From positions 1 through 29,835 of the IMG/VR virus record IMGVR_UViG_3300016667_000348: a stretch of DNA of 29,835 nucleotides. One strand, given 5' to 3'. Source of the DNA: a virus (Duplodnaviria; Caudoviricetes). Shown here in pieces: positions 1-6,533 of the stretch. The notes beneath the pieces were generated by a model. That model was not told where the DNA came from. It saw nothing but the letters and a program-made list of their open reading frames with translations, and did no database searches. The first letter of the stretch is position 1, and each line of letters starts with the position of its first letter. The position numbers were made by a program, and so were the translations under genes.

Positions 1-376
1 CGTAGTTTTCGGGCGTGATGCGCCCGCCATGCCGCCAGTTTTTTACGGCGTGCGGGCTCACGTTCAGCTTGCACCCCAACTGCCAGTTCGACAGGCCAGT
101 GGCCTCGACCAGCGCCGGTACGTCAGCCAGTTGCGCTGCGTTTCGGCCCCCACGGTCATCATCAGTCTCCATCGTCGTCGGCGGGAGCGGCATCTGCGGC
201 GGCTGCGGGCCGTCGAGGTTCCACCTGACCCGCCAGGCGCGGCGAGTCAGTCCCTTCGCCTCCAGCCGCGCGGCCAGTGCCATCGCGGCGCGGAACGCCT
301 CCGGGTCGGCGAAGTGCAACCGGAACGAAGCGTCGCCCGGCAGCGGGCCGGCATGAGGATCAGAATGGGATGTCAT
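1..376 (-). CDS. HTH-domain protein, truncated by the window edge (not in the ORF track)
   Basis: ATG at 376 overlaps the ssb end (DDIPF/MTSHSD). The frame stays open to position 1: MTSHSDPHAGPLPGDASFRLHF...LVEATGLSNWQLGCKLNVSPHAVKNWRHGGRITPENY. The last ~40 aa look like an XRE/Cro-type helix-turn-helix. Confidence 0.65.
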   Translation of the reverse strand, partial: MTSHSDPHAGPLPGDASFRLHFADPEAFRAAMALAARLEAKGLTRRAWRVRWNLDGPQPPQMPLPPTTMETDDDRGGRNAAQLADVPALVEATGLSNWQLGCKLNVSPHAVKNWRHGGRITPENY

Positions 377-782
377 CGTTCAGCTCCTCCCGGTCATCGT
401 CCTCGCCGGGCTCTCTGCTCCGGGCAGATCGCTGGTCTCCGTTCTGTCGAGGCTCCGAGCCCTCACTGCGCTCCGGCTTGCCGCCCAGCAGGTCCATGCT
501 GTGGACTCTGACCTCGGTAATGCTGCGAGTCTCTCCGTCCTTGACGTACTCGCGGATTTGCAATTCGCCAACAATGGCGAGTTGCGATCCCTTGCGGCAA
601 TACTGCGCGACGATGCCGGCGAGCTTGTCCCAGAAAACGAGGCGGACCCACGTGGTCTGCTCCTCGCCGCCCTTGATGCGCTTTCCGACCGCCAGCGTGG
701 CGTTGACGACTGGCGTGCCGCCCTGCGTGGTGCGGGATTCTGGATCTCGGCCAAGTCGGCCGATCAGGTGAACAGTGTTCAT
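360..782 (-). CDS. ssb: single-stranded DNA-binding protein
   Basis: N-terminal MNTVHLIGRLGRDPE, OB-fold motifs (TTWVRLVFWDKLA, KGSQLAIVGEL) and the acidic C-terminal DDIPF tail. Confidence 0.97.
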   Translation of the reverse strand: MNTVHLIGRLGRDPESRTTQGGTPVVNATLAVGKRIKGGEEQTTWVRLVFWDKLAGIVAQYCRKGSQLAIVGELQIREYVKDGETRSITEVRVHSMDLLGGKPERSEGSEPRQNGDQRSARSREPGEDDDREELNDDIPF

Positions 783-949
783 GCGTTTTCCTCGGTTTTT
801 GATTCAATTACTGCATTCCAGCACTTCAACAGCACCTCAAACGAGGCTGTTACGTAATAGATGTCGTCGCGCGTTTGCTCTGGCATCGTCGATGCCAGGG
901 CCTTGATCCTCTCGCAGGCGTCAAGCGTTTTTCGGTCGTGGTCGGTCAT
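779..949 (-). CDS. small hypothetical protein (56 aa, MTDHDRKTLDAC...)
   Basis: ATG at 949 with GAGGA RBS. Its stop overlaps the ssb start (ATGA), so it packs into the operon. Confidence 0.7.
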   Translation of the reverse strand: MTDHDRKTLDACERIKALASTMPEQTRDDIYYVTASFEVLLKCWNAVIESKTEENA

Positions 950-950
950 T

Positions 951-1205
951 TCAATTCCTCTCGTTTTTCGGACATTCGCTGTCCTGAATCCTGACAACAG
1001 TCCCTGCCGGCGCCATCGGCAACGGCGCCCAGTGCGAGACGCCTTCAATCGGCATCGCGTCGAGGTCGCGCCATTCGCCGTCGAACGTGGCAACCCACGC
1101 CTCGCCGTTCAGCGCTACAAGCACCGGATCATCATCCTCCGGCAGCCCGTAGGTCACCGGGGTCCACCGCAGCAACACGTTGGACGGCTCCTCATACCTG
1201 CTCAT
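951..1205 (-). CDS. DUF551/Eaa-like small phage protein
   Basis: ATG at 1205 with GGAGG RBS. Pattern W.PV...LPE...VLV...W...VSHWAPLP matches the 'VTHWMPLP' signature of this family. Confidence 0.75.
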   Translation of the reverse strand: MSRYEEPSNVLLRWTPVTYGLPEDDDPVLVALNGEAWVATFDGEWRDLDAMPIEGVSHWAPLPMAPAGTVVRIQDSECPKNERN

Positions 1206-1830
1206 GGCGCTTCCTCCGCAGCGTGCTCTCGATGTTGCACACCAAATCCAAGAACCCGAACACCTCGCGATCCAGCCTGTCGTAGGCATCCTGCGTCATC
1301 TGGTGCCGCACGATGTGCAGGTCCATGCCGCTGTGGCTCAACCTCGGGTCATAGATCGCGACGTCGCACCAGTCGCGTTCGAGGATCCACATCTGCCATT
1401 CAACCTGCGGAACGTAGTCGCTGATGTCGTCCGTTGCCCAGATGCGGGCGATTCGCGCTTGGTCGAACGGGCACTTGATTTCCAGCAGGCCGTTGTTGCC
1501 AATCAGCCCATCGGGCGACGCGCCGGCCTGCATCGTGTCGTGCAGGGCGAAACCCATCTGGTCGACCAGCACGCCTGTCCGGGCCTCGTACGCTGCCCGG
1601 GCCTCGGGCTCAAGTTCTGAGCCCCGGGACATGGCGACGGTCACCGCCTTGTCAATGGCGCTGCCGTTGACCCGCTCGAAAGCAAGTTCAATCGCGTAGT
1701 CCTGCGCCGCCTTGGCCCATGTCCCGGTGCGCAACTTTGAAAGCGCGTCGGCGGCACGGCTTGCGGTCGCAACGCCGAGGCGGGCCTGCAACCACTCCGA
1801 AGTTCCCTGCTGACAGTCGATGATTCTCAT
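1192..1830 (-). CDS. YqaJ-like (lambda-exonuclease family) 5'-3' exonuclease
   Basis: Motifs QGTSEWLQARLG.ATAS, M.RG.ELEP.AR, GASPDGL, LLEIKCP and Y.PQV.WQM. Confidence 0.93.
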   Translation of the reverse strand: MRIIDCQQGTSEWLQARLGVATASRAADALSKLRTGTWAKAAQDYAIELAFERVNGSAIDKAVTVAMSRGSELEPEARAAYEARTGVLVDQMGFALHDTMQAGASPDGLIGNNGLLEIKCPFDQARIARIWATDDISDYVPQVEWQMWILERDWCDVAIYDPRLSHSGMDLHIVRHQMTQDAYDRLDREVFGFLDLVCNIESTLRRKRHEQV

Positions 1831-2426
1831 TCGGCCATCTCCTGCGCCGCCTGAGAGGCGCTCAGACGCGTTTTCGCTGCATCCTTCTCCTCAGCCAGCG
1901 CCTTGCGGGCCTCGGCGCTCAAATCGCGCCAGACGGCGCCCAGTTCGGACAGGCTGCCAGCGTCGCGCAGGGCCTGTCGGGCGTCGAGGTAGCGCTCGGC
2001 GTCGGCCTTGCGGGTCGCGACCGCCGCGGGCCGGCCGGCGTGCTGGGCGCTGTTGCCGTCGTCGTCCTCCTGAGCGATTCCGGCAATCGCGGCCAGCGCG
2101 TAGCGGCGCAGGTAGGTCGTCGCGGCGCCGATGCCCTGGGCGTCAGTCTTGGCCGGGACGCAGCTGGCGCAGCTGCTGGCCCAGCCACCCTCGCGGTGCG
2201 CGAGGACGGTGCTAACTGAAACGGTCGAGCCGTCGAATGAGGTCGACTGCATGATACTGATGCCGTGCCGCGCGAACACCGGGCGCACGGTGTTTAAAAC
2301 CTCGGCGAGGTCGGCATAGCGCGATTTGAAATGCGGGTTGGCAGCGACCTTGCTGGCGTTCTCAACCTCGGCCTGAGCCGTGGCGAGAGCGCCAAACAGG
2401 GCGGCATTAGCGTTGCTCATGTCCAT
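1827..2426 (-). CDS. erf: ERF-family single-strand annealing protein
   Basis: Motifs NPHFKSRYADL, Q.IG.A.TYLRRYAL.AI.GIA and EDDDGN. Start placed at ATG 2426 behind an AGGAGA RBS. Confidence 0.93.
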   Translation of the reverse strand: MDMSNANAALFGALATAQAEVENASKVAANPHFKSRYADLAEVLNTVRPVFARHGISIMQSTSFDGSTVSVSTVLAHREGGWASSCASCVPAKTDAQGIGAATTYLRRYALAAIAGIAQEDDDGNSAQHAGRPAAVATRKADAERYLDARQALRDAGSLSELGAVWRDLSAEARKALAEEKDAAKTRLSASQAAQEMAE

Positions 2427-2436
2427 TATGTTTCTC

Positions 2437-2718
2437 CTAGTCGTCGATTTCGGGCGCAAGCCCGAACTGGTTGCGCAGGTCTGCCACGATTCCGTCGCAG
2501 GTGTCCATCGCGCGGTACATCCGAATGATGCGAGCCTGCGCCCGAATTTTCTCCTGCGTCGTCTGCGCGTTGTCCCGCATTTCTGCGGTCGCGCGGATTC
2601 GTTTGCTCAGAAGCTCGCGGATGGCAACAGCGCGGTCGAGCAGTGCGCTCTCCGATGCCGAGAGCGCCCATTCCGCGCGGTAAGGGTTGAGGTCCTCGTA
2701 GGATGCGCTGTGCATCAT
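2437..2718 (-). CDS. hypothetical helical protein (93 aa)
   Basis: AGGAGG RBS upstream of ATG 2718. Fills the operon between the upstream micro-ORF and erf. Confidence 0.75.
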   Translation of the reverse strand: MMHSASYEDLNPYRAEWALSASESALLDRAVAIRELLSKRIRATAEMRDNAQTTQEKIRAQARIIRMYRAMDTCDGIVADLRNQFGLAPEIDD

Positions 2719-2864
2719 TGTGATTCCTCCTGTCGGAATGAATTGACCGGGCGGTCAAGCGCCCAGTCGAAGCCGGCGGCCAGAGCCGCCAGCGCGATGG
2801 TGAGGGCCAGCAAGGCCGCGAGCGTTTCGCGGCGGCGCTGGCGGTTGCGGAGGGCGGAGTTCAT
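2715..2864 (-). CDS. 49-aa single-pass membrane peptide, first gene of the leftward operon (not in the ORF track)
   Basis: MNSALRNRQRRRETLAALLALTIALAALAAGFDWALDRPVNSFRQEESQ. GGAGA RBS, ATGA overlap with the next gene, basic N-terminus followed by a hydrophobic stretch. Confidence 0.75.
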   Translation of the reverse strand: MNSALRNRQRRRETLAALLALTIALAALAAGFDWALDRPVNSFRQEESQ

Positions 2865-2911
2865 TGAGGATTCTCCAGTTGATTGAGGCGGAATTGCCTG
2901 CTACGGAACGA

Positions 2912-2940
2912 ATGCTATACCCACGAATCGGGTATTGCAA
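2912..2940 (-). promoter_or_regulatory. leftward early sigma70 promoter with an operator-like palindrome in its spacer
   Basis: Minus strand TTGCAA-17 nt-TAGCAT. The spacer is covered by the inverted repeat ATACCC-acgaatc-GGGTAT (2917-2935). Confidence 0.75.
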
Positions 2941-2972
2941 CACCCCGAAAGAAAATAATTTCCGGATCCGTC

Positions 2973-3000
2973 TTGCGCAGGTTAATCGGCCTGCTAATCT
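2973..3000 (+). promoter_or_regulatory. rightward sigma70 promoter
   Basis: TTGCGC-16 nt-TAATCT with a TGn extended -10. An inverted repeat GCAGG-N8-CCTGC (2977-2994) overlaps it. The predicted +1 (~3006-3007) coincides with the first RNA helix. Confidence 0.6.
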
Positions 3001-3006
3001 ATCCGG

Positions 3007-3240
3007 GCTCCGGTGCGGAACGTCGGTGGTCGGAGCAGGTTTTAACCCCGTTACACGAGCGAGCCAGAGCGGGGGCGGTGGGCTGAGTCTAGCGCCGGGT
3101 GGTAGTCGGGGAACCGATGCAAGGCTGGACAGCGCGATGCGAGGAGGCGGCTCCGGAGAGCAGGCAACCTCGGGCGCAGGCGAAACTGTAGATCTCTCTA
3201 CGGTATAGGCTGCGCTCGGCTCAGAGGCTCACCAAAGAGC
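3007..3240 (+). ncRNA. candidate structured RNA (non-coding RNA or long structured 5' leader) of unknown family
   Basis: About 270 nt with no credible gene in an otherwise gap-free genome. At least seven compatible helices found by hand, including a 13-bp long-range closing stem (3077-3089 with 3218-3233) and a GGAA tetraloop hairpin (3105-3118). Confidence 0.65.
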
Positions 3241-3269
3241 AGGACTAAGACAGGAAATATAGGATCTCC

Positions 3270-3518
3270 ATGAAGTTATCCACAGATAGACGAAAACGGC
3301 CGCCGCTGCCTGAAACGCCTGAGGCTGCCCTGGCCTACTGGCTGGATGTCATTGGCATGCAGCAGAAACAGATCTGCAAAGAGATCGGAATCGCCCCGCA
3401 GAAACTGAACGACATGATGCACGGGCGCCGTCCGTTTGATGACCAGCTGCTAGACTGGCTCGGTTTCGAGCGCGTTACCATTTATCGACGCAAAAAGAGG
3501 CCATCTAATGCCGAATAA
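3270..3518 (+). CDS. Cro/XRE-like HTH transcriptional regulator
   Basis: GMQQKQICKEIGIAPQKLNDMMHGRRP HTH pattern. AGGA RBS. First gene of the rightward arm. Confidence 0.8.
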   Translation: MKLSTDRRKRPPLPETPEAALAYWLDVIGMQQKQICKEIGIAPQKLNDMMHGRRPFDDQLLDWLGFERVTIYRRKKRPSNAE

Positions 3519-3641
3519 AAAAACACCGCTGCGGACAAGGCCCGGAAGGATTCGTTTTGCGCCAGAATGGGCGCAGTGGCAGCGAAGGCTGAAAACGGCG
3601 AACGAGCGAAGGCTTCATTGAGGAGATGGAAATGCCCCTGA
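3508..3641 (+). pseudogene. frameshifted or truncated small basic phage protein ('SFCARM...SLRRWKC' type)
   Basis: Frame 3519-3641 reads [40 protein letters not shown] but has no start codon before the motif. The ATG at 3508 (AGAGG RBS) is out of frame by one base across an A7 run (3517-3523). Confidence 0.55.
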
Positions 3642-3763
3642 AAAAATCGGCGTCTGAGAAGGCGTTCAAGCAAAACATCAAGACCGAAATCAAATCCGGC
3701 AAACCGCCTAAACAGGCCGTTGCCATTGCCTACTCCGTGAAGCGCGAGGCAAAGAAAAAATGA
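3632..3763 (+). CDS. 43-aa Lys-rich phage protein ('KQAVAIA' type; not in the ORF track)
   Basis: [52 protein letters not shown] and ATGA overlap with the next ORF. Confidence 0.85.
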   Translation: MPLKKSASEKAFKQNIKTEIKSGKPPKQAVAIAYSVKREAKKK

Positions 3764-3924
3764 AGGCAAAGCCCGGTCTGTACGCGAACATCAACGCTAA
3801 ACGAGAGCGTATCGAGGCCGGCAGCGGCGAGAAAATGCGCAAGCCCGGCAGTCCTGGCGCACCTACGGCTAAGGCGTTCAAGGAATCGGCAAAAACATCG
3901 GCAAAGCCAGCGTCAAAAAAGTGA
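3760..3924 (+). CDS. 54-aa Lys-rich phage protein ('GLYANI.AKR' type; not in the ORF track)
   Basis: [58 protein letters not shown] and GTGA overlaps on the two sides. Confidence 0.85.
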   Translation: MKAKPGLYANINAKRERIEAGSGEKMRKPGSPGAPTAKAFKESAKTSAKPASKK

Positions 3925-4331
3925 CGGAAATCACGCTCGCGTTGCCTTGGCCGCCATCGGCGAACCAGTGCTACCGGCTGATTCGCAGCGGAAAACTGAT
4001 GGGCCGCGTGCTGATGTCTGCCGAAGGGCGGGCCTACCGCAAGGCGGTTGACGCCGTAGTTCGGCAGGCCAAAGGCCGGATGTGCTGGTCAACGCGGTTG
4101 CGGGTCGAAATTCTGGCCTATCCGCCAGACCGGAGAGCGCGAGACATCGACAACCTGTTCAAGGCGGTCCTCGATGCGCTGCAGGCCAGCGGCGTATTTC
4201 TCAACGATTCGCAAATCGACCAGCTAGAAATCATGCGCGGGGAACCTGTAAAGGGCGGCTCGATCGTTGCCCGCGTCGAGCAGCTCCACCGGCCCGTGTC
4301 GTGGCGCAAGGCCTTGGGGGATGACCCGTGA
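3921..4331 (+). CDS. rusA: RusA Holliday junction resolvase
   Basis: LPWPPSAN, PPDRRARDIDNLFKAVLDAL and the (N)DSQI acidic active-site motifs. Confidence 0.95.
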   Translation: MTEITLALPWPPSANQCYRLIRSGKLMGRVLMSAEGRAYRKAVDAVVRQAKGRMCWSTRLRVEILAYPPDRRARDIDNLFKAVLDALQASGVFLNDSQIDQLEIMRGEPVKGGSIVARVEQLHRPVSWRKALGDDP

Positions 4332-4510
4332 AATGCCGGGAAATGCACGACGTGCTGGCGTTTGTGATGGCGCAGCTGCGCACAGAAATCGAGTCGGCCG
4401 ACAAACAGGAGAGCAGAACCGCATGGCTGAACAACTCGCTGTTGCATTTGATCGAGGCCAGGCACGCCCTAGACCGCGCAGGAGCTCAAACGTGGGCTCG
4501 CGAGAGCTAG
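4328..4510 (+). CDS. small hypothetical protein (60 aa)
   Basis: GTGA overlap with the rusA stop. Fills the gap before the Q-like gene. Confidence 0.65.
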   Translation: MKCREMHDVLAFVMAQLRTEIESADKQESRTAWLNNSLLHLIEARHALDRAGAQTWARES

Positions 4511-4857
4511 ACCGTGGCCATGGGCGCCTACGGAACTGGGCCGACTGGGCACTGGCGTACAGCGCGCGCACCGGGTATCCGCAGGCCAGCGCGTTTGCCA
4601 GACTGTACCGGCCAGACGCCGGAGATGTCTGGGACGGCATCGAGCCCGACGAAACCAGAACCGTGGCCGACGAGCCCGATGCGGAACAGGTCGAACGGTT
4701 TGTGCGTCGGTTGCCACTGGCGAACCGGCGGGTCGTCATGTCGTTTTATATCGGCCGGGAGTCGCCTGTGGTAGCGGCCCGGCGGTTCGGGCATTCTCGA
4801 GAGCGATTCTATGCGTTGCTCGATGAGGCCGCAGCTTGGTGCGGCGAACTGGCGTAA
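4492..4857 (+). CDS. Q-like late antiterminator
   Basis: GTG at 4492 with AGGAG RBS. 'RLRNWADW' N-terminal motif and a C-terminal sigma4-like HTH. Lies directly upstream of a promoter-terminator pair and the late genes. Confidence 0.7.
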   Translation: MGSRELDRGHGRLRNWADWALAYSARTGYPQASAFARLYRPDAGDVWDGIEPDETRTVADEPDAEQVERFVRRLPLANRRVVMSFYIGRESPVVAARRFGHSRERFYALLDEAAAWCGELA

Positions 4858-4860
4858 CCG

Positions 4861-4888
4861 TTGCGCTGTTCGTTTTCTCGGTTACAAT
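4861..4888 (+). promoter_or_regulatory. late promoter (pR'-like)
   Basis: TTGCGC-16 nt-TACAAT immediately after the Q-like stop codon. Confidence 0.7.
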
Positions 4889-4918
4889 TCTCTCGGGGCG
4901 AAGCTATGCCCGAAATCT

Positions 4919-4941
4919 GCCGGCCATGTGCCGGTTTTTTT
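4919..4941 (+). terminator. intrinsic terminator (tR'-like)
   Basis: CCGGC-catgt-GCCGG hairpin followed by T7, about 45 nt downstream of the predicted start site. Confidence 0.75.
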
Positions 4942-4995
4942 GTTTCTGTGCCCGGAAACCCGGGCTGGGGGCATTGCAAATAGCAATGAACAGGA

Positions 4996-5247
4996 ATGGC
5001 AGGCAGGAAAGGCTGCGGCAACACCGGAAAAGGGCGCGTCAAGGGCGTGCCAAATAAAAACACGGCGCAGCTGCGGGACATGATCTTGCAGGCGCTCGAC
5101 GAAAAGGGCGGGCCCGCTTACCTCGCGCGGCAAGCCGACGAAAACCCGGCGGCGTTCATGTCGCTGCTGGGCAAAGTGTTGCCGCTGCAGGTCACTGGCA
5201 ACGGCGGCGGGGCAATTGAGGTGACATGGCTGCCGCCGAGCGGATAG
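4996..5247 (+). CDS. terS: terminase small subunit
   Basis: GKGRVKGVPNK..., YL..QA.ENP.AF..LLGKVLP and a C-terminal 'I.V.W'. Overlaps the terL start. Confidence 0.8.
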   Translation: MAGRKGCGNTGKGRVKGVPNKNTAQLRDMILQALDEKGGPAYLARQADENPAAFMSLLGKVLPLQVTGNGGGAIEVTWLPPSG

Positions 5248-6533
5248 TCCTGCAATACAGCCCGCGCCGCGCCTTTCTGCCGCTGCACAACCGCCGCCAG
5301 CGCTGGGCGGTGGTGGTGGCCCATCGGCGAGCCGGCAAGACGGTGGCGTGCATCAATGAACTGATAGCGAAGGCCATCCAAAAGCCGGGTGGCCGTTTTG
5401 CGTATGTCGCGCCGTTTTTTCGCCAGGCTAAGGCCGTGGCATGGGATTACGTCAAGACGTTTTCTCGCCCGCTCCCGGGCCTCAGCATCAATGAGGCGGA
5501 ACTGCGGGTTGATTTCCCAAACGGTGCCCGCATCCAGCTATTCGGCGCTGACAATGCCGACGCGCTCAGAGGCCTTGGTTTCGACGGGCTGGTGGCTGAC
5601 GAGTATGGCGATTGGAAACCCTCGGTTTGGGGTTATGTCATTCGCCCTGCTCTGGCAGACAAAAACGGCTGGGCGATCATTATCGGAACGCCAAAGGGTC
5701 GAAATTCGTTTTTTGAGGCCTACAGGGACGCGCAGGCAAGCCCGGACTGGTTTGTGGCTACCATCAGGGCCAGCGAGTCGCGATTGTTGCCACAGGCCGA
5801 GCTAGACGCCCTGCGGGCCGAGCTGACCGACGACGCATGGCGGCAGGAAATGGAGTGCGACTTTGACGCCGCACTGCCCGGCGCCATTTTCGGCAAGGAG
5901 CTGTACGAGCTCGAGGCCGATGGGCGGCTGCGCGACGGGTTGTATGACCCGGCATTGCCCGTCCATGCGGTCATGGACCTCGGCTATTCCGACGATACCG
6001 CCATTTGGTGGTTTCAGGTCCGCAATGAACTGCGCTTGATTGATTGCTACAGCGCCAGCGGTATGCCGATTGCGCATTACAACGATGTTTTGCAGGCCAA
6101 GCGCTGGAAATATGGCGAGTGGCTCTGGCTGCCGCATGACGCCAGGGCGAAGTCGTTGCAGACGGGCCGCAGCATTGAAGAGCAGTTCCGCGGCCTCGGC
6201 TGGAAACCGCGCATTGTCCCTGAGCTCGGGCTGGTCGACGGCATACAAGCCGCGCGCCTGACGCTGGCCGACGCGCAATTCGACGAGGCATGCCGCGAGG
6301 GGCTGGACGCGTTGAAGCAGTACCAGCGCGAGTTTGACGAAGACAAGAAATGCTTCCGCGACCGCCCCCGACATGACTGGACGTCGCACTACGCCGACGC
6401 GTTCCGTTACGCGTGCCTTGTGTGGCGCGAAGAAATGAAACCGAAACCTGCGCCGGTTGCGCGGTTTCCTGAGCATCGAACGATCAACGAAATGATTCGC
6501 CGGCAAACACGACGTCGGCTTGAGGATGCCTAA
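5226..6533 (+). CDS. terL: terminase large subunit
   Basis: Walker A VAHRRAGKT, Walker B LVADEY, IGTPKG motif, and RNase H-like nuclease (MDLGYSD; HDWTSHYADAFRY). Confidence 0.96.
   Translation: MAAAERIVLQYSPRRAFLPLHNRRQRWAVVVAHRRAGKTVACINELIAKAIQKPGGRFAYVAPFFRQAKAVAWDYVKTFSRPLPGLSINEAELRVDFPNGARIQLFGADNADALRGLGFDGLVADEYGDWKPSVWGYVIRPALADKNGWAIIIGTPKGRNSFFEAYRDAQASPDWFVATIRASESRLLPQAELDALRAELTDDAWRQEMECDFDAALPGAIFGKELYELEADGRLRDGLYDPALPVHAVMDLGYSDDTAIWWFQVRNELRLIDCYSASGMPIAHYNDVLQAKRWKYGEWLWLPHDARAKSLQTGRSIEEQFRGLGWKPRIVPELGLVDGIQAARLTLADAQFDEACREGLDALKQYQREFDEDKKCFRDRPRHDWTSHYADAFRYACLVWREEMKPKPAPVARFPEHRTINEMIRRQTRRRLEDA

Noticed and set aside
3180-3187. GCGAAACT shared between the candidate RNA and the minus strand upstream of the rep-like gene (~29314-29321)
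   Set aside because: An 8-nt match is expected by chance in 30 kb and does not extend.
2864-3208. 114-aa and 67-aa + strand ORFs across the control region
   Set aside because: They start at non-ATG codons upstream of or within the promoters, have no convincing RBS and encode low-information sequence. Promoters and RNA structure explain the region better.
4267-4491. N-terminal extension of the Q-like ORF
   Set aside because: It overlaps rusA and the 60-aa gene. The GTG at 4492 has a proper AGGAG RBS.
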